Positions 55,932-64,000 of a stretch of 64,000 nucleotides of DNA are shown here, piece by piece. Made by a program: the position numbers and the translations under genes. The DNA comes from Thermoanaerobaculia bacterium (GTDB taxonomy: Bacteria > Acidobacteriota > Thermoanaerobaculia > Multivoradales > UBA5704): NCBI GenBank assembly GCA_036380715.1, contig DASVEF010000299.1, positions 7,520 to 71,519 on the forward strand, given 5' to 3'. Numbering within the stretch: position 1 is the first letter of the stretch; the number at the start of each line of letters is the position of its first letter. The notes beneath the pieces were generated by a model. It ran no database searches and was not told where the DNA came from. It saw only the letters and a list, made by a program, of their open reading frames with translations.

Positions 55932-58367
55932 CTACCAAGCCGGCTCCCCTGCCCGTTTCGGCGCCCAGGCGAGAGTGAGGAAGCGGATCTCGACGTCCTT
56001 GCGGCGGGGCTTGAGGGCCAGAGTCTCCAGCTCCTCCTTCTCGGGGTCCAGGCGCTCCTCCAGCCGGTCGATCTCGGCCTGCAGCTCGGCGTCGAGGTCC
56101 GCCAGCCGCTTCTTCAGGGTCTCCAGGTTCTCCTCGGCGCGCGACACGTCCTGCCGCTCCTGGTAGGTCCGGCCGACGCCGCGCATGGCGCTGGTCGCGC
56201 GCCCGAGGTTCGCCGCGCTGAAGGTCTTGCGGCCGAAGAGGGCGCCGAGGACCGTCGTGCCCGCGGTCATGACCGTGCTCCAGGTCTGGTGCCGTGCCTG
56301 CTCCTCCTGCTTCTGGCGGTTGTGCTCGGCGCGGCGCATCCGCTCCTCGATCTGGGCCACCTTGGGGCCGTGCTTCTTGCGCAGCGCCTCGACCTGCTCG
56401 TCGCGCCGCTGGCGCGCGAGGTCGCCGAGGCGGATGCGGAAGTCGCGCTCGGTCTCCCCCGGCTGTGACAGCTCGCCGAAGCCCGGGCTGCGGAAGACCT
56501 CGCAGCGCCGGGTGCGAAAGAGGCACTCCTCGAGCTGCCGGCGCCAGCCGTCGTAGCTCCTGGCGCGCACCGCCTCGTCGGGCAGGGAGGCGAAGCGGGC
56601 TCCGGCGACCGGCTCGCTCTCCAGGTCCTCCCGGGCGGCGTCCACGGCCTCGGCCGCGTACCAGTCCACCTCCTCCCCGCCCAGCGGCGCGAGCAGGGAC
56701 ACCTCCTCCGCGTGGTCGATCCCCTTCTTCTCCTCCACGTAGTGGACCGTCGCGGCGGCGAACAGGGACGGCTCATAGACGATCTCGTCCGGCCGGGTCC
56801 GCACGGCGAGGAAGCGCTGGGAGACCTCCGGCGGCAGCACGGGCGCCGCTCCCGCCAGGTCCGTGGCGCCGGACGCGGAGGGAGCCGCGGCGGGGACCGC
56901 AGGCGACGGCGCGGCCGCGGCCTGCCCCGGCGCTCCCGATGAGGACCTCTGGCCACCCATCAGCCGCTTGATCTCGGGACGGGTGAGCGGGCCGCGCAGG
57001 TAGGACATCACCCAGCGGGTCTGGAAGACGACCGGCGCGTCCTCGTGCACGTTGTGCAGCAGGAAGACCCGGTTGCCGAGCCCTGCCAGGACCTGCTCCA
57101 TGCGCGCGCGGTCGAACGACCCGCCCGCGGCGGCCCCTTCCAGCCCGTCCATCAGCCGCTGCTTGTCGCGCTCGGTCTGCAGGCGCCCGAGGAACCAGGT
57201 GCCCACGTTGCTCAGCCCCTTATAGTCGAGATCCACCGGGTTCTGGGTGGCGAGCACCAGCCCCAGGCCGAAGGCGCGCGCCTGTTTGAGCAGGGTGAGG
57301 AGCGGACGCTTCGACGGCGGCTCCGCGACCGGCGGCATGTAGCCGAACACCTCGTCCATGCAGAGGATCGCCCGCAGGCTGCTCGTGCCCGGCTTGCCCC
57401 GCATCCAGCCGAGCGTCTGGTTGAGCAGCAGGGAGACGAAAAACATCCGCTCGCGGTCCGAGAGGTGGGCGATGGACAGCACGGCCACGCGCGGCTTGCC
57501 GGACGCGGTGTAGAGCAGCCGGTCGACGTCGAGCGGCTCGCCCTGGAGCCACGCCGCGAAGCCCGGCGAGCCGAGCAGGCTGTTCAGCGCCATGGCCAGC
57601 TCGAAGCGCTCCTTGGCGGGATAGAAGGACTCCAGGTCCAGCACCCCGACCCGCTCGACCGGCGGCTTCTGGATCTGCTGGATCAGGCCGCCGAGGTCGA
57701 GGCTCTTCCCCGCCCGCCACGACGCGTCGAGGATGTTCGACAGGAGGATGTGCTCGCGCCCGCGCATGGGGTCCGAGTCGACGCCGAGGAGCGACAGCAG
57801 GCTGGAGACCAGGGTCTGCACCCGCTCGCGTATCAGGTCGCCGTCGGCGAGCGCCTCGGGAGAGGGCGCCGCCAGGGACGACAGGATGGAGATCGGCAGC
57901 CCCGCTTCGCTGCCCGGCGTGTAGACCACGAAATCGGCGGCCTCGCGCAGGCGCGCGATGCGCTCGCCGCTCTGCCCCCAGCGCTCCAGCCCGCCGCGCC
58001 AGGTGTCGGCCTCCTTGGCGGCGAACGCCTCGGGCGTGAGCCCGGCGCGGGCCGCGGCGTCGGGGTCGACCCAGGGAGCGAAATCCGCGGGCGCCAGACC
58101 CGGGAAGGTGAGCAGCAGATTCGCCAGGTCCCCTTTGGGATCGATCACCAGCGCCGGGATCTTGTCGATGGCCGCCTCTTCGAGCAGCGCGATCAGCAGG
58201 CCGGTCTTGCCGCTCCCGGTCATGCCCACGCAGACCGCGTGGGTCAGGAGGTCGCGGGAGTCGTAGAGAAGGGGCTCGGGAAGAGCCTCCCCGCGCGTGA
58301 GGTCGTAAGGGCGTCCGAGATAGAAGACGCCGAGCTTTTCGTAGGCCGAGGTGGTGTCGCTGTCCAT
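55932..58367 (-). CDS. HerA/FtsK-like P-loop ATPase (DUF87/DUF853-type) with C-terminal coiled coil
   Basis: Start at MDSDTTSAYEKLGVFYLGRPYD; the upstream 28 codons of the track ORF are repeat-element-derived. Walker A VCVGMTGSGKTGLL. Walker B-like ILCMDEVFGY. Long charged coiled-coil C-terminus. Confidence 0.55.
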   Translation of the reverse strand: MDSDTTSAYEKLGVFYLGRPYDLTRGEALPEPLLYDSRDLLTHAVCVGMTGSGKTGLLIALLEEAAIDKIPALVIDPKGDLANLLLTFPGLAPADFAPWVDPDAAARAGLTPEAFAAKEADTWRGGLERWGQSGERIARLREAADFVVYTPGSEAGLPISILSSLAAPSPEALADGDLIRERVQTLVSSLLSLLGVDSDPMRGREHILLSNILDASWRAGKSLDLGGLIQQIQKPPVERVGVLDLESFYPAKERFELAMALNSLLGSPGFAAWLQGEPLDVDRLLYTASGKPRVAVLSIAHLSDRERMFFVSLLLNQTLGWMRGKPGTSSLRAILCMDEVFGYMPPVAEPPSKRPLLTLLKQARAFGLGLVLATQNPVDLDYKGLSNVGTWFLGRLQTERDKQRLMDGLEGAAAGGSFDRARMEQVLAGLGNRVFLLHNVHEDAPVVFQTRWVMSYLRGPLTRPEIKRLMGGQRSSSGAPGQAAAAPSPAVPAAAPSASGATDLAGAAPVLPPEVSQRFLAVRTRPDEIVYEPSLFAAATVHYVEEKKGIDHAEEVSLLAPLGGEEVDWYAAEAVDAAREDLESEPVAGARFASLPDEAVRARSYDGWRRQLEECLFRTRRCEVFRSPGFGELSQPGETERDFRIRLGDLARQRRDEQVEALRKKHGPKVAQIEERMRRAEHNRQKQEEQARHQTWSTVMTAGTTVLGALFGRKTFSAANLGRATSAMRGVGRTYQERQDVSRAEENLETLKKRLADLDAELQAEIDRLEERLDPEKEELETLALKPRRKDVEIRFLTLAWAPKRAGEPAW

Positions 58368-58410
58368 GGTTTCCGTCTCCAGGTACGGAATCGTACAACG
58401 GCGGCCGGGG

Positions 58411-58568
58411 CCCCTCACCCCCCGGCCCCCTCTCCCATCCCCTCCCCCCAACCGGGAGAGGGGGAGAAAGACGGGATAAAAGCTCGGTAGATCGCCGTCT
58501 TTATAGGAGTTCCCCCTCTCCCGGAAGGATGGGAGGGGGTGGGAGAGGGGGCTAGGGGGTGAGGGGCC
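58411..58568. repeat. MITE/REP-like element, copy C (full length, variant core)
   Basis: cccctcaccccccggccccctctccc...gggagagggggctagggggtgagggg. Spans the M24 gene 3' end and the region upstream of the ATPase. Confidence 0.75.
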
Positions 58569-59796
58569 AGGCCCGCGGATCGAGCTCGTACGGCAGCGGC
58601 GTCAGCGTCTCCAGCCCGTCCGCCGTCAAGTGGACCAGGTCCTCCAGCCGCACGCCGTAGCCGCCTTTCGGGTCGGGATCGTAGAGGCCGGGCTCCAGGG
58701 TGAAGACGTCTCCTTCGCGGAGCACCCCTTCCGCGCCGGAGGCCTTCTTGAAGATCGGCTGCTCGTGGAGGTCGAAGCCGACGCCGTGGCCGAGGTTGTG
58801 GACGTAGCCGCGGGTCGTGCCGGGCGAGGAGATCGGGGTGAGGTAGCCCTCGGCGGTGAGGAGCGCGCAGACGGACTCCTGGAGGTCCCAGCCCCGCGCT
58901 CCCGGAACGGCTCGCGAGCGCGCCCGCTCCAGCGCCTCGCGGACCGCGGCGTGGGCGCGGGCCAGAGCCGGCGAGGGCGATTGACCTGGAAGGGGGACGC
59001 AGAAGGTGCGGGTACAGTCGGCGAAGAGGGCGCCGCGCGGGAAGACGTCTACGACCAGCGACTCGCCGGCGCGGAGGACCCGCTCCTGGGTGCCCGTCGA
59101 ATGGGGCACGCCCCCCTCCTCGCCCGGCGCCACGAGGTTCCCCTTCGGCTGCTCCAGGCCGTGGCGGCCGAGGACCTGCGCCACCTCGGCGCGCAGGCGC
59201 GCGATCCGCAGCGGCTCCCCTTCCAGCCAGAGCTCTCCAGAACGGACAGTGGCAGCAGCCAGCAGCCGGGCCACGGCGCGGAGGGCCTCGCAGGTCCCCT
59301 CGGCCGCGGCGCGGATGCCGGCCACCTCCCGGGGGGTCTTACGCTTGCGCACGGCGAGGAGCAGCGCGTTGCCCGGCACCCAGGTCCACCCCTGGCGGGC
59401 GAGACGGGAGCAGGCGGCCTGGATCACCCCGGCCTGCCCGTGACCGGCCAGGGCGACGCGCCCGGGGCGGACCCCCGAAGCTTCCAGGGCCTTGGCCGCC
59501 ACCCAGGCCATCTGCTCCTCGGGCTCGATGGCCTCGCTGGACCGCCGGGCCAGGCCGAGCGCTTCCGGAGTGATCAGCTCGAGGCCGGTGGCCGCGGCCT
59601 CGTCGCGCTCCATGGGAGTGTGATAGGCGAGATGCGCAGATCCATCCCGGGGAGCCACGAGCTGGCACTCCCCGAGGTGGACGGAGCCGACGAACGCGGC
59701 GAGGTCGGGGTCCTGCGAGGACCGGGCGAGCACGAGCAGGGCTTCACAGCCCATCTCCGCGAGCCCGGCGGAGAGATCGGCGAGGCGGCCCGCCAT
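58552..59796 (-). CDS. M24-family Xaa-Pro aminopeptidase/creatinase-like peptidase
   Basis: Creatinase-type N-domain plus pita-bread domain with YVHNLGHGVGFDLHEQP metal-ligand motif. The last ~5 codons come from the repeat element. Confidence 0.8.
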   Translation of the reverse strand: MAGRLADLSAGLAEMGCEALLVLARSSQDPDLAAFVGSVHLGECQLVAPRDGSAHLAYHTPMERDEAAATGLELITPEALGLARRSSEAIEPEEQMAWVAAKALEASGVRPGRVALAGHGQAGVIQAACSRLARQGWTWVPGNALLLAVRKRKTPREVAGIRAAAEGTCEALRAVARLLAAATVRSGELWLEGEPLRIARLRAEVAQVLGRHGLEQPKGNLVAPGEEGGVPHSTGTQERVLRAGESLVVDVFPRGALFADCTRTFCVPLPGQSPSPALARAHAAVREALERARSRAVPGARGWDLQESVCALLTAEGYLTPISSPGTTRGYVHNLGHGVGFDLHEQPIFKKASGAEGVLREGDVFTLEPGLYDPDPKGGYGVRLEDLVHLTADGLETLTPLPYELDPRAWPLTP

Positions 59797-59803
59797 GCCG
59801 CCT

Positions 59804-60133
59804 TTACAGGTTCCGGTTGATGAAGTTCTCGAAGGCCGACTTGGGCATGGCGCCCATCATGCGGTCGGCCATCTGCCCGTTCTTGAACAGGATGAACGTG
59901 GGGATGCTCGACACCTGGAACTGATAGGCGATCTGCTGATTCTCGTCCACGTTCAGCTTGGCGATGCGCACTTTGCCGTCCATCTCGTCGGCGATCTGGT
60001 CGAGCAGCGGCGCCACCATGCGGCAGGGACCGCACCACGACGCCCAGAAATCCACGAGGACCGGCTTGTCCGACTTCAGAACCTCGCTCTCGAAGTTCTG
60101 GTCGCTGATCGTCAGAATCTTGTCGTTGGCCAT
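59804..60133 (-). CDS. trxA: Thioredoxin
   Basis: 109 aa with WCGPC active site. Confidence 0.9.
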   Translation of the reverse strand: MANDKILTISDQNFESEVLKSDKPVLVDFWASWCGPCRMVAPLLDQIADEMDGKVRIAKLNVDENQQIAYQFQVSSIPTFILFKNGQMADRMMGAMPKSAFENFINRNL

Positions 60134-60181
60134 TGGTATCTCCCTCTCTGGCAGGACCGGCCGGTCCGCCTGTTCCGTGCT

Positions 60182-61150
60182 TTACAACTCCGCGGAGGAC
60201 CCATCTTGTTCCAACCGGCGCCGCGCGAAGTATTCGCGAGTGGTCTCAACATCCCGCGCGATCTGGGCAGACAGGTCCATGACCGTGGGGAAGATCCGCT
60301 CCTCGCGCAGCCGTTTGTGGAACGATAGCTCCACCCGTTGTCCATAGACGTTGGACTTGAAGTCCAGGATATGGCTCTCCACCACCCGCTGATAATTCTC
60401 GTACACGGTCGGCCGCGTGCCGATGTTGGTCACGCAGTCGAAGGTCGCGGGATAGCTCGGGAAGAAGACCCGCCCCGCGTACACCCCGTCGGCCGGCAGC
60501 AGCTTGTGGTCCGGGACCACGTTGATCGTCGGCCAGCCGAGGCGCTGCCCCATGCGGTCGCCGCGCGCGATCGGGCCGGAGATCGAATAGGGCCGGCCCA
60601 GCATGGCCGCGGCCTCCTCCACTTGGCCTTCGGACAGGAGGCGGCGGATGCGGGTGCTGGAGATCCGCTCGCCGCCGAGGAAGACCTCCTCGACGCCGAA
60701 GGCCCGGAGCCCGAGCTCCCCTCCCATCTCCTGCAACAGATCCAGATTCCCTTCCCGCCCGTTGCCGAACACGAAAGTCGAGCCGACGTAGATCTCCTGG
60801 AGCCCCAGCCGGCCGTGCAGGAAGTCGCGCACGAACTGGCGCGCCGGCAGGCGCGCGAAGTCCGGGGTGAAGCGCAGGACCAGCAGCACGGAGACCCCCG
60901 TCTCCGCGAGCAGCTTCTCCTTCTGCGCCGGCGTGGTCAGGGGGACGGGCGCCTGCTCCGGGCGTAGCACCGCGAGCGGATGGGGATCGAAGGTCAGGAC
61001 CACCGACGGGACCGACAGCTCCTCGGCCCGGCGCACCACGCGGTCGAGGATGGCCCGCTGGCCGCGATGGACGCCGTCGAAGTTGCCGATGGTGGCAACG
61101 CCGCCATGCGGCAGATCGGTGCTGTTGTAAGCGTCTTGGACGATGAGCAT
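60182..61150 (-). CDS. ribF: Bifunctional riboflavin kinase / FMN adenylyltransferase
   Basis: N-terminal FAD synthetase (GNFDGVHRGH-like GNFDGVHRGQ) and C-terminal riboflavin kinase (PTINV...GxY) motifs. Confidence 0.9.
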   Translation of the reverse strand: MLIVQDAYNSTDLPHGGVATIGNFDGVHRGQRAILDRVVRRAEELSVPSVVLTFDPHPLAVLRPEQAPVPLTTPAQKEKLLAETGVSVLLVLRFTPDFARLPARQFVRDFLHGRLGLQEIYVGSTFVFGNGREGNLDLLQEMGGELGLRAFGVEEVFLGGERISSTRIRRLLSEGQVEEAAAMLGRPYSISGPIARGDRMGQRLGWPTINVVPDHKLLPADGVYAGRVFFPSYPATFDCVTNIGTRPTVYENYQRVVESHILDFKSNVYGQRVELSFHKRLREERIFPTVMDLSAQIARDVETTREYFARRRLEQDGSSAEL

Positions 61151-61267
61151 GGACGAGGAGCAGGCCTAGAGGACGGGCGGGGCCGCGGCGGGGGAGTCTA
61201 GCAGATTGCCCCGGCCGGATGCGCCGGGCTCAGACGGTGTTTCGAAGTGGGGACGCGCTCCGCTGAG

Positions 61268-61393
61268 CCCTCACCCCCTGACCCCCTCTCCCGGAGGGAG
61301 AGGGGGAAAATGCATAGAAAACAGTAGTCTTCTGAGCTTTTTCCAGAGCTTTCACCCCTCTCCCTCCGGGAGAGGGGCCGGGGGTGAGGGCCC
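61268..61393. repeat. MITE/REP-like element, copy A (full length)
   Basis: ccctcaccccctgaccccctctcccggagggagagggggaaaatgcatagaaaacagtagtcttctgagctttttccagagctttcacccctctccctccgggagaggggccgggggtgaggg. Provides the last ~14 codons of rimO. Confidence 0.8.
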
Positions 61394-62719
61394 CACGATG
61401 TGGCCCACCAGGTCGTCGGCGTACGCTTCGGTGATCTCGACCTCGACGAGCGCGCCCGCCGGCGCGGAGCCGTTGTTGATCAGCAGCCGGCCGTCGATCT
61501 CCGGGGCCATGCCGTGATGCCGGCCCTGGAGCAGGTGCTCGGACTCCTCGCAGGTCCCCTCGACCAGCACCTGGAGCCGCTCCCCCACCAGCCGGCGCCG
61601 CCGCTCCAGGGCGATCGGCTTCTGCGCCTCCAGGAGCTGCCGCAGCCGGCGCCGCGCCACGTGCTTCGGCACCCGGTCCGGCAGCCCGGCCCCGGGCGTG
61701 TCCTCCTCGGGGCTGTAGGCGAAGCCGCCCAGGTGGTCCAGACGGGCCTCGCGCACGAACGCCAGCAGGTCCTGGAAATGCTCCTCGGTCTCGCCCGGGA
61801 AGCCGACGATGAACGTCGAGCGCAGGAAGACGTCGGGCGCCAGCTCCCGCGCCCGCTCCAGCAGCCGCAGGTAGCGTTTGGCGTCGCCGCCCCGCCGCAT
61901 GGCCGACAGGATGTCGCCGTGGCTGTGCTGGAGCGGCATGTCGAGGTAGGAGCAGAAGCGCGGCTCCGTGCCCATCAGGCGCAGCAGGTCCTCGTCGAGG
62001 GTGGTCGGATAGGCGTAGAGGAAACGGATCCAGGGGATCGACGTCTCCGCCAGCAGCGCCTCGACGAGCCGCAGCAGGCCGTGGCGGCGCAGGCCGAGGT
62101 CCTCGCCGTAGCGGGTGGTGTCCTGGGCGATCAGGTTGAGCTCGGCGATGCCCGACTCTTCGAGCTGCTTCGCCTCCGCGACCAGGTCCTCGATCGTGCG
62201 GCTGCGGAACCGGCCGCGCCAGATCGGGATCGCGCAGAACGTGCACGGGTTGTTGCACCCTTCGGCGACCTTGAGATAGGCGTGGCCGCGGGTGGTGAGC
62301 AGGCGCGGCGCCGTGTGGTCGAAGACCATGTGAGACGGCGCCGGCAGCGGCGGCCCGCCGCCGAGCTGGACCACCTGGCCGATGTCGCGGAGCTGGTCGA
62401 GACCGACGAAGCCGTCGATCTCCGGGATCTCCCTGGCGAGCTGGTCGCCGAACCGGTTGACCATGCACCCGGCCACCAGGACCCGCTCGACGCCCTGCCC
62501 CTTGCGGCCGACGACCTCCAGGATGGTGTCGATCGACTCCTGCTGGGCCTCTTCGATGAAGGCGCAGGTGTTGACCACCACCGTGTCGGCGCTCTCCAGG
62601 TCGTTGACGACCTCGTAGCCGCGGCGCGCCAGCTCGCCGAGCATGATTTCGCTGTCGACGAGGTTTTTCGGGCAGCCGAGGCTGATCATTCCGACACGCG
62701 GGCGCACGGGTTTCGTCAT
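61352..62719 (-). CDS. rimO: Ribosomal protein S12 methylthiotransferase (radical SAM MTTase)
   Basis: MTTase N-domain ISLGCPKNLVDSE (RimO-type rather than MiaB GCQMN). Radical SAM CNNPCTFC. TRAM domain. The C-terminal tail GPSPPAPLPEGEG is repeat-derived. Confidence 0.85.
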   Translation of the reverse strand: MTKPVRPRVGMISLGCPKNLVDSEIMLGELARRGYEVVNDLESADTVVVNTCAFIEEAQQESIDTILEVVGRKGQGVERVLVAGCMVNRFGDQLAREIPEIDGFVGLDQLRDIGQVVQLGGGPPLPAPSHMVFDHTAPRLLTTRGHAYLKVAEGCNNPCTFCAIPIWRGRFRSRTIEDLVAEAKQLEESGIAELNLIAQDTTRYGEDLGLRRHGLLRLVEALLAETSIPWIRFLYAYPTTLDEDLLRLMGTEPRFCSYLDMPLQHSHGDILSAMRRGGDAKRYLRLLERARELAPDVFLRSTFIVGFPGETEEHFQDLLAFVREARLDHLGGFAYSPEEDTPGAGLPDRVPKHVARRRLRQLLEAQKPIALERRRRLVGERLQVLVEGTCEESEHLLQGRHHGMAPEIDGRLLINNGSAPAGALVEVEITEAYADDLVGHIVGPSPPAPLPEGEG

Positions 62720-62789
62720 AGGCGGGAGAGTCTAACAGAGGGAGGAGACCGGAGAATTCCTGCGCCACCGTGGGGTCGTGCGCGGCTCA

Positions 62790-63085
62790 CGAGCCGCCGT
62801 GCGCTCCCGCCGTCGGCTCGCACGCGGCTGCCGTGACCTCGTGGGCATCGCCGTCGGCTCGTGCGCTGCTGCCGTGGCCTCGTGGGTACCCGCCATCGGC
62901 TCGTGCGCCGCTGCCGTGACCTCGTGAGGACCCGCCGTCGGCTCGCGTGCGGCTGCCGTGCCTCGTGCGCGGCTGCCGTGACCTCGTGGGTACCCGCCGT
63001 CGATTCGTGCGCGGCTGCCGTGCCTCGTGCGCGATCGCCGCCTCCTCGTGGGTCGCTTCCGTCGACTCGGCGGCCGGCGCCGTGA
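62790..63085. repeat. ~42-bp tandem repeat, ~6 copies (ccgccgtcggctcgtgcgcggctgccgtgacctcgtgggtac)
   Basis: Read directly. Intergenic between rimO and the HupE-like gene. Units show internal sub-duplications. Confidence 0.75.
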
Positions 63086-63158
63086 GCTCGGCTGCGGCGC
63101 ACGAGCTCGCGGCGGCGCCTCCCGAGAGTCTGCCGATGGCTCACCCCGCCAGGAGCGT

Positions 63159-63794
63159 CTACGACATCAGCCAGTAGCCGCCGACGAGGATCGACGCCGC
63201 GGAGAACCCGTACAGGAGGGCCTGGTAGGCTCGGCTCCCCCGCACCGTGGTCAGACGGACCGCCAGGAGTCCCAGGGCGGACGAGAATGCCACCATCGCC
63301 GCGATCGAGCCGACGCCGAAGCCGGCGACGTAGGCGACGGAACCCTCCACGGAGGGGAGAGCCAGGGCCGGGAGCACGCCGAGGATGTGGGAGCTGCCCG
63401 CCAGGCCGTGGAGGGTGCCGATCCACAGCGCCGCCAGGGAGGGCCTGCCCGGCAGATGGGAGTGGCCGGCCTCCCGGATCGAAGGGCAGCGCGCCAGCCA
63501 GGCCCTGCGCATCCCCCAGAGCCCCACGGCGATCAGCGCTGCGCCGACCATCCGCTCGCTCCAGGAGGAGATCCGGCCCACCGGCAGGAAGCCGCGCAGC
63601 GCCAGCGCCAGCAGCCCGACGCCCCAGACGCCCACGCTGTGCCCCATCCCCCAGAGCAGCCCCGTGCTCCACCCCCTCCGCCGCTCGTTCACCACCAGAG
63701 GCGCGACCGCCGACAGGTGGTCCGGCCCCGCCAGGGCATGGGTGAAACCCGCGAGCAGGCCCGCGAGGGCGGCGATCAGAACTTCGGCGCTCAT
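63159..63794 (-). CDS. HupE/UreJ-like (or NicO-like) metal transporter membrane protein
   Basis: 211 aa, 6 TM. His-rich helix motifs FTHALAGPDHLSAV and GMGHSVG and GHSHLPG. Confidence 0.5.
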   Translation of the reverse strand: MSAEVLIAALAGLLAGFTHALAGPDHLSAVAPLVVNERRRGWSTGLLWGMGHSVGVWGVGLLALALRGFLPVGRISSWSERMVGAALIAVGLWGMRRAWLARCPSIREAGHSHLPGRPSLAALWIGTLHGLAGSSHILGVLPALALPSVEGSVAYVAGFGVGSIAAMVAFSSALGLLAVRLTTVRGSRAYQALLYGFSAASILVGGYWLMS

Positions 63795-63877
63795 CGAGGG
63801 GGAACTTTACCATTCCTCCGTTGACACTCCTTCAGGGTTGGCCTAAGTTTCAAGGCCAATCGATGAGAGGAGCTTCG

Positions 63878-64000
63878 ATGCCCAGACATGGACGTTTCGC
63901 CCTGGCTCTCGGACTTTGCGCGCTCGGCCTCCTGAGCGCCGCGCCGGCGCGGCCGGCCGGGTTCTCCGGTCCGCCTCCGGGGATCAAGGCCATGGGCATG
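63878..64000 (+). CDS. Secreted protein, 5' part only (runs off window)
   Basis: ATG preceded by GAGAGGAG RBS. Signal-peptide-like MPRHGRFALALGLCALGLLSAAPARPA. Confidence 0.3.
   Translation, partial: MPRHGRFALALGLCALGLLSAAPARPAGFSGPPPGIKAMGM

Noticed and set aside
61352-62719. miaB call for the radical-SAM methylthiotransferase
   Set aside because: The N-terminal LGCPKNxVDSE motif is RimO-type. MiaB has GCQMN.
62790-63085. Possible CRISPR array or coding repeat protein
   Set aside because: Head-to-tail 42-bp units without spacers. The ORFs across it are repeat artefacts.

Overview
This is a high-GC bacterial chromosomal window; nearly all codons end in G or C, which is why the six-frame track shows many long antisense ORFs. 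Most of these are artefacts. I kept about 50 CDS, using the track coordinates and refining many starts by hand.

Layout, 5' to 3':
- **1-6.5 kb:** distal complex I operon (nuoJ partial, nuoK, nuoL, nuoM, nuoN) followed by rex.
- **6.5-13 kb:** accessory patch. A TIGR02574-type antitoxin plus a ParE/RelE-like toxin truncated by an insertion that carries an intact Tat-secreted beta-lactamase-family serine hydrolase and a 5' fragment of a TAP-like alpha/beta hydrolase. The block is bounded by a duplicated copy of the antitoxin 3' end. Also here: an S51 (cyanophycinase-like) peptidase, a 600-bp block with a 21-bp minisatellite flanked by exact 30-bp direct repeats, and a GT-C-type membrane glycosyltransferase.
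- **12.5-20 kb:** DinB, an MscS channel fused to FHA and translationally coupled to a membrane-anchored pseudokinase, AKR, SDR, an AhpD-like protein, an S9 peptidase and an asparaginase-like protein.
- **20.3-26.6 kb:** a candidate conflict/defence island. A DUF433/DUF5615 TA-like pair, then a 1411-aa TIR / STAND NTPase / TM / WD40 protein with a downstream DUF983 zinc-ribbon gene, then a vapBC cassette bracketed by ~55-bp direct repeats.
- **26.6-36.6 kb:** a degenerate repeat array; an orphan NRPS-like adenylation / PCP / alpha-oxoamine synthase (PLP) tridomain protein with an extra C-terminal domain; two CRTAC1-type (FG-GAP/ASPIC) proteins.
- **37-64 kb:** pabA-pabB-pabC, an M48 lipoprotein peptidase, a Ddl-like ATP-grasp protein, a HExxH metallopeptidase, a second DUF433 gene, a DUF4097 adhesin-like protein, trmL, hyuB, a GH2 hydrolase with galT-galK, hyuA (separated from hyuB by the gal genes), a transglutaminase-like TPR lipoprotein, DUF4126, a HerA-like ATPase, an M24 peptidase, trxA, ribF, rimO, a 42-bp tandem repeat, and a HupE/UreJ-like transporter.

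A family of ~125-160 bp nested-palindromic MITE/REP-like elements occurs six times. The shared termini are CCCTCACCCCC-N-CCCCTCTCCC...GGGAGAGGGG...GGGGGTGAGGG. Several copies are read in frame into CDS ends or loops.

No rRNA, tRNA or CRISPR array was recognised.
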